Sequence record: BK067790.1
DNA length: 34,343 nucleotides
Direction: 5' to 3' (one strand)
Shown here: positions 10,301 to 18,579 of the stretch, piece by piece
Layout: the number at the start of each line of letters is the position of its first letter
How positions within the stretch are numbered: the stretch's first letter is position 1
Notes under the pieces: generated by a model
The model's input: only the letters and a program-made list of their open reading frames with translations
What the model was told of the DNA's origin: nothing
Databases searched by the model: none
Position numbers and translations under genes: made by a program

Positions 10301-11269
10301 GAAACTGAAATTACTGGAATGGTGGCAAGAGGTGTAACTGGAACTGGTGCAGTAATTGACTGGGACGAACCAGCATACTATCAAGGTCAGGTAACTTCGT
10401 ATAACGTGTACTATGGAAACAGTGGAACACCAGCCACAAGTGCTGGAACCACAACCAACACATTTTCTAACTTTGCACCTCAGTTGGACTATGACACAAC
10501 ATACGTCTTTGGTGTAAGTATCAACTCACCTTTAGGCAACTCTGGACTCAGTAACATTGTTGCAATAACAACTAACGTTGATACCAGCATAGTTTCAGCC
10601 GATCCTACAACTGGTGGTGCTGGTTGGTTTGACATTGACTCAGTTAACAATCAGTCAGTTAATGTCATAGAGTTCCAAAGAGAAACTCAGATGATTAGTG
10701 GAAACCTTACTGACACATTACAAGTTGCATACCCTACATGGTGGGACGATATGACTTGTGACGTAGATTACAAGTTCGCACAAAAGACAGAGCAATATGT
10801 CGAGGGTGATGATATGACAGCACAGGTAAACTCAGCTAATGCAGACCAGCAAGTAATAGGATTCCAATTCCAAGAAGTTGACAACGAAGTAATTGAAGTT
10901 CAATGTGCACCTCAGCAAAGTACACAAGATGATGGTGTGTCAGCCAAGTATGTTATGACACAGAACAATCTTGGTGCAGTAGGTGAAGTTGGTACGCCAA
11001 ACATTCCAATAGTTACACAGATTACCAACTTTTCAAACGGAACTTACGGAACTGACGGTGACTTTGGTGCATTAAACATTGTAGGACTGTTTGCAATATT
11101 GATTTCAATGGTAGGATTTAACAGGCTAAACCCAATAGTAGGTGTACTTTTATCAGCCAGTATGATATTTGTATTGTCATGGTTCGGAATTATAACAATA
11201 CCAACTGCCATAATAGGTGCAATAGCATTGGTTATATTCCTAGCATGGGGAGCTACGAGGAATAGATAA
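4364..11269 (+). CDS. giant adhesin/tail-filament protein: signal peptide, two DNRLRE-like domains, LamG lectin domain, many FN3 repeats, C-terminal TM helices
   Basis: ATG 4364 gives MSKTLLVIPVLLVLLLVPTNVFA (signal peptide); LamG motifs (AFDFNG, SISIWIKP, WNHVVVT, FDGKIDEV..W); repeated FN3 motifs (P.APT.LT, LSW..P, Y.V.R, Y.F.V.A.N..G); three terminal hydrophobic helices. Confidence 0.9.
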   Translation: MSKTLLVIPVLLVLLLVPTNVFAQTDFGVTSDLTVEGLESFPNIVMTPPQEIEITTPITGLMTLPEERIESFTFEKFQDGFTWELDEDGFLYQQWDELGTNPEPKPEYPQVTENYTIVQNEDGTYTFATHSPYISDGYDWKPYILGEDENVVQIQIAGGTIVFDKVSGAVTIFNEYETVIDSDSYSVRTALIGSDVWTNLNVNNTDVETTVVEDGDKVTVSFIRENDEGKFTTEYVIYSGKIKTTAYFTNYIYENNKFAFTQTLDLPDNIVSVNNMDDIDLTDYVGVSFDRTTLEENEDLILEIKDIYYNSGLGFDNLWSVNVITPTKVALDYANVEQTQTVIGDTVELDPIYTVNHIGTMSPAQSTSSYGNSQGDSLGCGGRIASGDQGYNITWNLRNYVGSWYTWNGCRTAMVGFDLAGIPDTAVISDTKLVYDITSSSNAGTFDLNQMTQSGQDGWGLHNYDTSQAVGTNPYSVYDTANYDKTWEMYLDANNLGTQPNGAGSNYASNLSSAVGTYVTDLGSAGNADVQAQLNDSTSVNGVGEWFGIGMPYSAMKTGATASNNWTSQTVQTVSTQDMNFDNVNLLITFSSPPTEPTNVTTTANGSNVDLSWSASETLSDYIESSSAKTYVVPVALPATWSLWQGGASPTTPTMGVGGVLGTAFDFNGSTDMVGENFVTSDFASNSQGSISIWIKPEASGSSVGNPFGGTGFQSYWITNTPLWSAYPSNSFNMGSLYSNANAFTMNAWNHVVVTIDSTTSNNTTVVYVNGSPVQMYNYPSGTGGGSASSSNSKTASNLLANTILGGQYHPSPQFKYPFDGKIDEVSSWDKVLSQTEVTTLYNSGNGNTPDSINSNNNLITYFPLDNTSTPLPNMAVTSDPVTVTYDVKRDGTSVGTTTNTSFTDTTTAYGTPYLFSLTASTSNGSTSTTNFPITLTIPAPTGLTATLNIPNVDLSWTGVSSATGYKIEHSTDGTTWSTLVANTGNTNTTYSDTVPTPNTVNYYQVRTLIGSAESNAIYDSTTITPVNYRTYTATASATTCDTGTLYADGTHETGMPAQNGGNRYCLVTSMEYDISAIPDTSTITSAVIEETHSIWTSGFSPSCDYKSNMSQQPSTSTTQQKWDSVIAGTVYANDPNCISGYTSGTAYDVPLSSQAITDIETQLSGDWFGINWAIDNFPSLANAGTGGTPASVTGGTSLLKLEYSYIPPSANATVGGVPSAPTGLTATFNTTTADIDLAFTAPANNNGSAVIGYKVEVSTDNATWSTVTADTGNTNTTYTDLNPTMGSLNYYKVSAINAYGTGAVSNIDNDMAGVPPDAPTITSTSTDNPNTTPLEITVNWTAPTNTGTAGITNYEVYRDGTLVTTVGNVTSYTDTVPTGGGTFVYSLKSVTPHGTSVLSATASHTTPTVPPAPTSAPTLAIANPDSNPFDVTLSWSLPSSGGSAITSFEVFRSTDDITYSSVGNTSQLIFYDTVPNVGTFYYKFSSINLVGNSVQSPSSNIATPTEPVADSSVTLAINSPDPSPLDITISIVAPSGNGGSAITGYNLHSSNDDITYTQIATNVTTDQTVTVSSAGTWYIKSQAINNAGTAGLGSATSITTPSVPTGDASVTLAIPDPDNFPFDSTATFVAPSGNGGSAVTGYNLYYSDDDITYSQIATASNSVISQTLTGAGTHYFKVESINNVGTSALSSAITIDTPTVPSSDASATLAINNPNPSPLTITATLVAPSSDGGSAVTNYNLWISNDDITYTQIATAINGTFDQTVSQSGTYYFKVESTNLVGTGGLGSATSIATPTVPTAPQNAGSTIADIDNAPYDVTVTWETPSSTGGSDLTQYNVYRKQGSSAYSLLTTTTGLSITDTVPTSLTTNFTYKIHSVNNVGESTAFDDTTITTFNVPSAPTLSVTTGTTVLSWNVPSSDATVSSYKIYRDNVLLTTVGTVTTYSDFSTIVFGNSYDFKIVAVSSLGDSADSNTVTTTPETEITGMVARGVTGTGAVIDWDEPAYYQGQVTSYNVYYGNSGTPATSAGTTTNTFSNFAPQLDYDTTYVFGVSINSPLGNSGLSNIVAITTNVDTSIVSADPTTGGAGWFDIDSVNNQSVNVIEFQRETQMISGNLTDTLQVAYPTWWDDMTCDVDYKFAQKTEQYVEGDDMTAQVNSANADQQVIGFQFQEVDNEVIEVQCAPQQSTQDDGVSAKYVMTQNNLGAVGEVGTPNIPIVTQITNFSNGTYGTDGDFGALNIVGLFAILISMVGFNRLNPIVGVLLSASMIFVLSWFGIITIPTAIIGAIALVIFLAWGATRNR
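8620..9760 (+). repeat. four tandem ~290-bp FN3 units inside the adhesin gene
   Basis: Recurrent LAI..P...P, SGNGGSA(I/V)T, S.DDITY(S/T) motifs with DNA-level similarity (e.g. GTAGCACCAAGTGGTAA(C/T)GGTGGTTCTGC near 8961 and 9251). Confidence 0.85.
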
Positions 11270-11823
11270 TGGTCAATCTTAATGAAATAGCCATGTTTAC
11301 AATCATCTTTGCATACGTTACGTCTTTTGCATTTTTAGGTGTACAGGATTCAGTAGGTGATCTTGTCGGTGTGGACATGAAAGCATTTGATGTTACTACT
11401 GGTGGGTTCACAGGCGAAACAATAAAAACAGAGATACAGACAATGACAGATACCTTTGCTGGTTGTTATGACAATCAGACACCACCTGTATTAATTGGTG
11501 GTTTTAACAATCCAACTTACCCTGACGAAGCCAGTTGCAATACGGCTCAATATAACTGGGAAGTGGGTACGGGTTCATCTTTCTCACAAATGTCTGCTCA
11601 AACTGCTCGTATGCAGTTGACAATGGCTGACGAACCATCTATCACAAACAATCCAATCACAAGTGCAACGACAATGATATTTCAACTGTTCCAAATTGTA
11701 ACTGGAACCTACGCATTTAACCTGTTAATATTCATGGGTATTCCTCACATATTTGTAGTCGGCATTACGGCTGTATATGTCATATTATTAGCAATCTATG
11801 TCTTTGAGAAACTACACCCATGA
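11269..11823 (+). CDS. membrane protein (N- and C-terminal hydrophobic segments), probable virion component
   Basis: TAATG coupling to the adhesin; hydrophobic termini; Cys-pair loop (CYDN...EASC). Confidence 0.8.
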   Translation: MVNLNEIAMFTIIFAYVTSFAFLGVQDSVGDLVGVDMKAFDVTTGGFTGETIKTEIQTMTDTFAGCYDNQTPPVLIGGFNNPTYPDEASCNTAQYNWEVGTGSSFSQMSAQTARMQLTMADEPSITNNPITSATTMIFQLFQIVTGTYAFNLLIFMGIPHIFVVGITAVYVILLAIYVFEKLHP

Positions 11824-11876
11824 CAGACAAAGAGTACGAAGAAAGACCCGAATGGGCTTGGCTTGTTGAAGATTAA
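11820..11876 (+). CDS. possible 18-aa peptide
   Basis: ATGA overlap with the upstream stop; MTDKEYEERPEWAWLVED*; fills the gap to the convergent gene. Confidence 0.3.
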   Translation: MTDKEYEERPEWAWLVED

Positions 11877-11878
11877 TT

Positions 11879-12241
11879 TTATTCTCTAAACAATAACAAC
11901 TGTAAAGTCTGCATGATAAAGTGGAACGTCATTAGAATACCAAACATAAAGTTGACAGTTATCCAAATTGGATTGACTAGGTTTATTGTAAATACCTGAT
12001 TAAGACTGGTGGCTGTGCCTTGTTCGACACCTGATGATACCACTTCGTATAACCCTACACTTTCCCCCATACCAGCCAGTAAAAATGCACAGACTATTGA
12101 AGGAATGAGATACATGGCACGGGTAAACGACTGTGATTTGGTCTGAGGTGCTTCACGAATAGTAGAAATGATCAACATAAGCATACCTGAGTAGGCAATA
12201 AAGGCGTAAACTGCAAACTCGATAATACTAATATCAGCCAT
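11879..12241 (-). CDS. three-TM membrane protein
   Basis: Three hydrophobic segments; TTTATATA on the minus strand 24 nt upstream of the ATG. Confidence 0.8.
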   Translation of the reverse strand: MADISIIEFAVYAFIAYSGMLMLIISTIREAPQTKSQSFTRAMYLIPSIVCAFLLAGMGESVGLYEVVSSGVEQGTATSLNQVFTINLVNPIWITVNFMFGILMTFHFIMQTLQLLLFRE

Positions 12242-12264
12242 TCAAACTTTCAATGCTGTTCTGC

Positions 12265-12285
12265 TATATAAACAACATTAATTAA
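12265..12285. promoter_or_regulatory. back-to-back TATA elements
   Basis: TATATAAA (12265-12272) serves the minus-strand ATG 12241; TTAATTAA (12278-12285) lies 24 nt before ATG 12309. Confidence 0.5.
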
Positions 12286-12308
12286 CTTAGTAAGCTTTGA
12301 TTATATCA

Positions 12309-15300
12309 ATGGTAAAATCTGCACAGGAAAAAGTATTAGAGAAAAAATATGCAGAAGCAGTATCAGGTAAAGACAAAGAAATACATGACGCACAGATTGA
12401 AGTTTATGAAGGACAAGTCACTGAAGCTAGGGACGCATATTATGAAGCAACTGAAAAACGATCTAAGGCTAGATCAAAACTTCCTAAAGACATTCCTGAA
12501 GAAAGTGAAATAAAAGAAAAATTACTTGAAGCACAATATATCAAAAGAAATATTTCCAGTCCGACTGAACGTGAACAAATAAGTGAATATGAAAAATCTA
12601 TATCTGATTACAGAGTTCATAAAAAGACTGTCAGTGTTTTAGACAAAGAGATACCACAGTTAAAAATACAAGCTGAAGAAGAAGTTAAAACAGTCAACCG
12701 TAAAATACAAAAGGCAAAGGAAACAGAAACAGTAAAACAGGATTCGCTTATAGAGGGGTATTCAAGTCAGATAAGTGCAATAAGAAAAGCAGAATATGTT
12801 TCACAAAAGAAGCAACAGTCATTGATAGTTTCTGAAGCAACTGCGTTGGTCAAGAAAGAGGACGCAAGACTTGAACAAAAACGTATTGCCGAAGAAGCAA
12901 AGGCATTAAAATTAAAACAAGAAGCTGATGTAAGACAAAAAGCATTTGATGAGATGAAAGGTGGTGGTAAAACAGCAGGGAAACAAATACATTACGGAAG
13001 ATACCCTAACATACCTTACGGACATGGTGAGATTTCACCAGCACCGCCAAGTAGAGGAACCAAAGGTGGTAAAATATACTGGATTATTGAAGATAGTTAT
13101 TATCAAAGAGCTGGTTCAATATTGGGTATCTCAGCAGAACAAGCCCGTAGCGTAGCAAGACATGGCATGGTTACTGGTTCAGGAAAATCAAGAGATAAAG
13201 CATTACGATCAGTTCAGGATTCTATTGACGGTGGCAATAGGGCAGAACAATACGCACAGCACAGGGCACTGGCAAAAAAGACAACTGCGTCTGCTTATGG
13301 AAATATGTCAGCACAGGAAAAGCTTACCAGTTCTGCAACGGCTACAATGTTTGCAACCAATCACAATATGTCTGCTTCAGAAATATCACAAAAGAAAGAA
13401 GCAAAGAAGGTAGTTCTACTTGAAGCAGTTTATGACGCAACCAATGGACGGTTAGGTAGCAAAAAAGGAGAAACAACAAAACAGGGTGAAGGAACATTTC
13501 AAGTGTTTGAGAAAGACGGAACCAATGTCACTGACAAAGTTATACCAATTATTAACAAACAGAGGGAAACAGAACTTGCCAATGCAAGGCAACAGCAATA
13601 CATTTCTGAACTTCGTGCTGGTAATATCGGACTTGCAAGGGCTTTATTAGATCCACAGACAAAGCAGACCTACACAAATTCTACAATGAACACTGACAAG
13701 TTTTTGACAGAACGGGGATATGATACTTCAAAACCTGATACGATTCCTAACAATCTTTTTAGTCCTGACTATAATGAAAAACTTACAGAAGCAAGGCAGA
13801 CCACTCAGGGTGATCTTAGAACTGCGACTTCAGGTTATACTGGAAAAACAAACCAGCCTTATACAATGCCAAAGGCTTCAATGAAAGTCCAGACAAAAAG
13901 AAAGGAAGCACAGGCAGTAATAGCAAAGTTTGATCCTAAGCCAATGGATCAGTTCAAGGCAAAAGATTCGTCATACGTTCCTTCAGTCGGAACTGTCACG
14001 TTAAAAAAGAATGAATTGTTGTCAAAGAAAGAAACTGATGTTTGGGGATTTGACCCTATCGCAAATCAAGTCAACAAAGATATGCAGACTTCTTGGACTG
14101 TGACGGTACAGAAAAAAGGTGCTGAATATACTTCTGACTTTAAGACTAGGGAAGAAGCAGTTTTGTTTAAGAAAAGTCAAGAGAAAGTATTCTCTGGAAC
14201 TGATAATGAATGGTGGAATAAATACAACTATGCACCAGCAGTTGACTCAGGCGAAGTTATACACCCAAGTAAAACTGAAACATGGTCTGATGATATAAGA
14301 CTAGGTGCTGGATATGTTATCACACCGTCTTACAATATTCTTAAAACTGTTTACAACCTGACACAGCCTGAAGATAAACAAGTCCCAATGTTGGCAACTG
14401 CCGAAGACAAGTTAATCGGTGGTACTATCACTGATGTTATGGACGGTACACCGTTAAAAGGTACAGGGGTAACTGGATTTGCTGACTATGTTGTAGAAAA
14501 CCCGTTCAGGGCTGTGGCTGAAGTTCCAAGTGCCGTTGTCACAGGTGTCATGGGTGGCAAGGCAATAACTTATGGAATTAAAGGTGCAAGTATTGGCGTA
14601 AGTGCAACTGCAAAACTTGGAAATAAGATAATTCAAAATAACGCACCTACAATAGTCAAGGTTCCGACTATGGCTGTGATGGGTGCTGGTCAAACAGTTC
14701 AGCGTGTCGGTACAAAAGTATCTTCAATTCCAAGTGTAATTGGAAGTTCTATTATCAGTTATGGTACAATTCCTAAAGCAACAAAATATGGTATGCCATC
14801 ATTTACAATTCCACAACAGGTAGTACGTCAAGGAATTGTAAAACCGTATGACAGTGCGACAATGTTTCAGGGAAGTCGTGTCGGGTTTGGTGCTAAGGCT
14901 AATTTTATTTTGACACCTTCAGGCAGAATGTTTGTAAGACAGTCAACTGATATTGCTGGTGAGATAGGTGCAAAGCCACAGTTCCTAAGCAAACAAGTTG
15001 CCATGTTTGAAAATGAAAACGTTGTAGGGTTTGCAACGAGAGGCAAAATGAAAACAACAAAATATGATATGCCAAAAGAAACCCCGTTCAAGTCTGACGT
15101 ATTTGCACCAACTGACAAAACGAAACTAATTCCAAAAGAAGGACTTCCAAAAGAAAAAAAACCGTTCCCTGAGTTATATGACAGTAAGGCAACTACAAGT
15201 GGAAAGCCGTTCCCTGAGTTAGTCAAAGTTGAGGACATTGGTAAAACCAGTATTCCAAAACTTCAGACACCGACAGTTCTTGACAGAATTAAGTCAACTG

Positions 15301-17018
15301 CATTGTACAAAACAAAAGTCAGTGCAAAGCAGTACAAGACAAACATTGACGAGGTTACGTTTTACTCAGATACAACTGGCGATTTGGTCAAGGGTGTCAA
15401 AAGACCCAAAGCCGAATTGCAAGGCGAGGGTGTCAATTACAGGGGATTTAAAAAGCCTGAGATAACTGGAACTAGAACAAGACTTCAGGACTACAAGACT
15501 TCAACAAGTCAGTCAACAATCAAAGGTCAGCTAAAGTATTCTGAAGTGGCTGGTGGCAAGATAAAATTCAAGGGAAGTCCAGTAAGACAAGTTGATACGA
15601 TAGTCACTGGTGCAAAACTTACTGGCAAAAAGAACTTGAAACTGATTGACGACATGGCAAAAGAAGGACAGATTGAAGAAATTGGAAAGAAGACTGTAAT
15701 GAAGGGGACTGATTATTTCGGGGGTGGCAAGAAGGCTGGTCAGTTAAAACAGTCATTGGAAAGCAGAAACCCTACAACGTATGAAGCCAAAAGTGGAAAG
15801 ATAAAACCAAAAGATGAAACAATACTTTACGGTGTAAGCAATAGAAATATTCCAGTTGACAAAAAGGCTTTCGCACAGACCATGAAAGAGTCAAACCTTC
15901 TTAGAGAAATGGCAGACAAAGCACCATTAAACAAAAAACCTACCGTACCAAAAGGTGTTGACGAACCACCAAAAGAAAAGTATCATGCATTTATCGGTGA
16001 GTCAAAGTCAACTGGTAAGACTTTTCAGGGAACTAGAATTGAACTTGGTTCAGGCATTGGTACAACGGGTGTCGGCAGTAGTTTCACCAAAACAAATGTT
16101 GATTTGGGTAAAGGTGGTGGTATCTCTAACATAAAAGATGTTAAAGGAATGTCTAGCAAACCTGATGTTGTTGGTGTTACAACCAATAGAATAAACGTAA
16201 AAAAGTTTGAAGAACCTAAAATACAAAAAGGTGATAAGATAGTTGACAGTAAAGAGGGGTCAACTGTTACAAGAACAAAACTTGATACATTCCAAGAAAC
16301 CAAAATCAAACTGGGTCAAAGTGCAGTATCAAAACCAGTACAGATACAAGTGCCAAAAGTTAAGGCTAGTGTTAAACCACCAAAGGTTTCGCCAAAAGTT
16401 AAACAGGTTGTCACACCTACTGTAAGTCAGAAAACTGGAACTGGTTTGGTACAAGAAACTGCACAGTTGACCAAACAGCAAACCAAACAAAAACCTAAGA
16501 TTAAACAAGCACAAAGACTTAGAGCAGTTCAAAGTCAAGTCGCTATAACAGCCGTAGTTGCAAAGACAGCACAGGTTCAGGCAGTTGCACAAATGAAACC
16601 ACCTACAATACAAAGAACAGTTACAAGAAAACCAGCAATAGTCATTGACATTAATTTACCTGTACCTGAAAGAAAGCCAAGAAAAAGAAAGCGTGGTAAG
16701 AAGGCTGGGTTCATTGGTAATGTAAGACTTGACAACATCATGGGAATGTACAAGAGAAAAGAAATCACATACGGTCAAAAGAAAGTTACAAAGTTGGAAA
16801 GACAGGACATGAGATTGACGGCTGGAACTAAAAATAGAATTGCACTTCCGTCTTCAGGTCTGCTAAAGACCAAGAAGAAAAAGAAAGGCAAGACAGAAAG
16901 TGTGTTTGGTAGAAGTGTAACAAAAACTAAAGACGAGTTTGTTGGATTTGAATCCAAGCCTAAAAAGAAAACAGTCAAGCGTAAAAAATCCAAATCCACA
17001 AAAGTCAGATTAATGTAG
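12309..17018 (+). CDS. giant Lys-rich protein (~1,570 aa), unknown function; candidate internal virion/DNA-delivery protein
   Basis: N-terminal coiled-coil-like region, central Gly/Ala/Val-rich stretch, very basic C-terminus; no signal peptide; ATG 12309 preferred over TTG 12297. Confidence 0.85.
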   Translation: MVKSAQEKVLEKKYAEAVSGKDKEIHDAQIEVYEGQVTEARDAYYEATEKRSKARSKLPKDIPEESEIKEKLLEAQYIKRNISSPTEREQISEYEKSISDYRVHKKTVSVLDKEIPQLKIQAEEEVKTVNRKIQKAKETETVKQDSLIEGYSSQISAIRKAEYVSQKKQQSLIVSEATALVKKEDARLEQKRIAEEAKALKLKQEADVRQKAFDEMKGGGKTAGKQIHYGRYPNIPYGHGEISPAPPSRGTKGGKIYWIIEDSYYQRAGSILGISAEQARSVARHGMVTGSGKSRDKALRSVQDSIDGGNRAEQYAQHRALAKKTTASAYGNMSAQEKLTSSATATMFATNHNMSASEISQKKEAKKVVLLEAVYDATNGRLGSKKGETTKQGEGTFQVFEKDGTNVTDKVIPIINKQRETELANARQQQYISELRAGNIGLARALLDPQTKQTYTNSTMNTDKFLTERGYDTSKPDTIPNNLFSPDYNEKLTEARQTTQGDLRTATSGYTGKTNQPYTMPKASMKVQTKRKEAQAVIAKFDPKPMDQFKAKDSSYVPSVGTVTLKKNELLSKKETDVWGFDPIANQVNKDMQTSWTVTVQKKGAEYTSDFKTREEAVLFKKSQEKVFSGTDNEWWNKYNYAPAVDSGEVIHPSKTETWSDDIRLGAGYVITPSYNILKTVYNLTQPEDKQVPMLATAEDKLIGGTITDVMDGTPLKGTGVTGFADYVVENPFRAVAEVPSAVVTGVMGGKAITYGIKGASIGVSATAKLGNKIIQNNAPTIVKVPTMAVMGAGQTVQRVGTKVSSIPSVIGSSIISYGTIPKATKYGMPSFTIPQQVVRQGIVKPYDSATMFQGSRVGFGAKANFILTPSGRMFVRQSTDIAGEIGAKPQFLSKQVAMFENENVVGFATRGKMKTTKYDMPKETPFKSDVFAPTDKTKLIPKEGLPKEKKPFPELYDSKATTSGKPFPELVKVEDIGKTSIPKLQTPTVLDRIKSTALYKTKVSAKQYKTNIDEVTFYSDTTGDLVKGVKRPKAELQGEGVNYRGFKKPEITGTRTRLQDYKTSTSQSTIKGQLKYSEVAGGKIKFKGSPVRQVDTIVTGAKLTGKKNLKLIDDMAKEGQIEEIGKKTVMKGTDYFGGGKKAGQLKQSLESRNPTTYEAKSGKIKPKDETILYGVSNRNIPVDKKAFAQTMKESNLLREMADKAPLNKKPTVPKGVDEPPKEKYHAFIGESKSTGKTFQGTRIELGSGIGTTGVGSSFTKTNVDLGKGGGISNIKDVKGMSSKPDVVGVTTNRINVKKFEEPKIQKGDKIVDSKEGSTVTRTKLDTFQETKIKLGQSAVSKPVQIQVPKVKASVKPPKVSPKVKQVVTPTVSQKTGTGLVQETAQLTKQQTKQKPKIKQAQRLRAVQSQVAITAVVAKTAQVQAVAQMKPPTIQRTVTRKPAIVIDINLPVPERKPRKRKRGKKAGFIGNVRLDNIMGMYKRKEITYGQKKVTKLERQDMRLTAGTKNRIALPSSGLLKTKKKKKGKTESVFGRSVTKTKDEFVGFESKPKKKTVKRKKSKSTKVRLM

Positions 17019-17054
17019 AAAGATATATTAAAGCAAAATATTCTATACTACTTG

Positions 17055-17198
17055 TTGTCAAGTAAAACTGATGGTTCAACTGTTGCTGTAAGCAACGAGG
17101 TACTCGCAGAAATTCACAGACTATGTAAGCGAGATGATCTCAAAGTCAAGGCAGTAGTGAACATAGCTTTGAAAGAGTATCTAAAGGGCAGGGTATAA
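17055..17198 (+). CDS. ribbon-helix-helix (CopG-like) transcription regulator (47 aa)
   Basis: MSSKTDGSTVAVSNEVLAEIHRLCKRDDLKVKAVVNIALKEYLKGRV*; beta strand TVAVS plus two helices ending ALKEYL; TAATG coupled to the next gene. Not in the ORF track. Confidence 0.75.
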   Translation: MSSKTDGSTVAVSNEVLAEIHRLCKRDDLKVKAVVNIALKEYLKGRV

Positions 17199-17677
17199 TG
17201 ACTTTAAAGCATACATTAGAAAACTATCTGGGAAATTTAGTGAACTCTGATGAAAGAGTCAAAGAAAATCTCGATAAGATATTTCCTAATGACTCGACCT
17301 TGAAGGAAATATTGGACAGCACTAACAGCGAGGTACAAACAGACTCGCAGGAAGGTGAAATAAGAAAAATGGCAAAATTTGAAAAACAAGAAAACGAATA
17401 CATAAGTGGAAACGACTTGGTAAATGTTGAAGGTGTAAGATTTGAAATCCTTACAGAAGTGAAAGAAGAATCTTCTAACTTCGGTATGAAGCCTAAATGT
17501 TCCGTAAAGGTATTAAAAAATGGTGTAACATCTGAGCAAAAATGGACTCTGAACTTACAGAATATCAATTTCTTAATTGATAGTTTCGGTGACGAATCTA
17601 ATACTTGGATTGGAAAATCCGTAGGTGTTTTCGTAGAGAACATCAAGGGCAATAATGCAATAAGGATAAAGGCATAA
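17198..17677 (+). CDS. putative ssDNA-binding (OB-fold-like) viral protein
   Basis: C-terminal WTLNLQNINFLIDSFGDESNTWIGKSV resembles the widespread phage LN.TN...L...G.....W.G..V family; located in the replication operon. Confidence 0.45.
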   Translation: MTLKHTLENYLGNLVNSDERVKENLDKIFPNDSTLKEILDSTNSEVQTDSQEGEIRKMAKFEKQENEYISGNDLVNVEGVRFEILTEVKEESSNFGMKPKCSVKVLKNGVTSEQKWTLNLQNINFLIDSFGDESNTWIGKSVGVFVENIKGNNAIRIKA

Positions 17678-17784
17678 TGTGTTACACCCAATTTAGAATG
17701 TCACAAATTTTAAGTGACACTTCTATTTCTTTTTCTTTTGATAAAAAATCAGACCAGCAAGACGAGGACGAAGAAGATGGGTGA
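17677..17784 (+). CDS. 35-aa peptide with acidic tail
   Basis: TAATG coupling; MCYTQFRMSQILSDTSISFSFDKKSDQQDEDEEDG*. Confidence 0.45.
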   Translation: MCYTQFRMSQILSDTSISFSFDKKSDQQDEDEEDG

Positions 17785-17980
17785 CTTGTGGAAATACAAG
17801 GCAATCGCAGAAATCAAAGCCCGTCAGGAAGAAGCACGAAATAAAATGAAAAACAAAGACAATGATTATGAATGTCGTTCATGTGGTACTTTGATTAAAG
17901 ATTATGTTTTACTTCTTATCCATATAAACAATGGACATGAACACGAAATAAGATATTTGAATAAAGATGAAACCAGTTAA
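17777..17980 (+). CDS. C2H2-type Zn-finger protein
   Basis: MGDLWKY...YECRSCGTLIKDYVLLLIHINNGH; ATG 17777 preferred over the track start. Confidence 0.7.
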   Translation: MGDLWKYKAIAEIKARQEEARNKMKNKDNDYECRSCGTLIKDYVLLLIHINNGHEHEIRYLNKDETS

Positions 17981-18245
17981 TCTTAGCACCCAGTTTTTAT
18001 TATTCTTCATACCAGTCGCAGGGTATTACGCATGGTATAGGATAGGCAAACTATGGTCTGGATTCTTTTTGAATCTTGCACTTGGACTTACGGTGATTCC
18101 GTTGTTTGTTTTTCCAAATATGTTTTTGTATCAAAACTTTTTATTCCTAAGCATATCGATAGTCGGCTTTACAATAAAGATATACTTTTTAGTCAAGTGG
18201 TCAAAACAACATAACGAGAGGTGCGAAAATGACAAAGAGAATTAA
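17967..18245 (+). CDS. small multi-TM membrane protein
   Basis: Three hydrophobic segments; FIP..GYYAWYRIGKL resembles small Nitrosopumilus membrane proteins (from recall, unverified). Confidence 0.7.
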   Translation: MKPVNLSTQFLLFFIPVAGYYAWYRIGKLWSGFFLNLALGLTVIPLFVFPNMFLYQNFLFLSISIVGFTIKIYFLVKWSKQHNERCENDKEN

Positions 18246-18318
18246 ATGCAGAATGTGTGGTTCTGACAACCATTTTGGAAACATGAAGTGCAAAGAGTGT
18301 GAGAGTATATTTGGCTAA
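18229..18318 (+). CDS. Zn-ribbon micro-protein (29 aa)
   Basis: GAGGTG SD upstream; MTKRIKCRMCGSDNHFGNMKCKECESIFG*. Confidence 0.7.
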   Translation: MTKRIKCRMCGSDNHFGNMKCKECESIFG

Positions 18319-18568
18319 GTGTGAATGTGGTTCGCCACCTTGCAAGTGCAAGTCTTTTCAAAGAGATACCAAATGTGAACACAGAATGAAAGGCGAGTTT
18401 GGAAAAGAGTTACACGAATGTGGAAAGACTGGAATTTTAAGAGAGGACTGTCACACTTTTTTTCAAAGTAAGAAAGTTCTTTGTGAGGAACATTACGGTC
18501 AACATTACAGATACGCCCATACCAAGTGTGGGATATGTGGTACGACATACGCTGAATGTTGTTGTTAA
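18299..18568 (+). CDS. Cys/His-rich protein
   Basis: Many Cys/His, ending CGICGTTYAECCC; start codon uncertain (GTG). Confidence 0.55.
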   Translation: MRVYLAKCECGSPPCKCKSFQRDTKCEHRMKGEFGKELHECGKTGILREDCHTFFQSKKVLCEEHYGQHYRYAHTKCGICGTTYAECCC

Positions 18569-18579
18569 TGCTTGTTGGT

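Noticed and set aside
4364-11269. Diversity-generating retroelement acting on the adhesin
   Set aside because: No reverse transcriptase ORF, and no TR/VR pair differing only at adenines was seen.
15162-15221. 15-bp direct repeat CCGTTCCCTGAGTTA as a regulatory or recombination site
   Set aside because: It is in frame (KPFPEL x2) within a low-complexity region; most simply a local coding duplication.
4330-16999. Antisense and alternate-frame ORFs in the track (e.g. 4330..4608, 6226..6495, 6697..6936, 8518..8703, 9699..9968, 12961..13413, 14454..16999)
   Set aside because: They are shadows of long, codon-biased genes and lack start signals or motifs.
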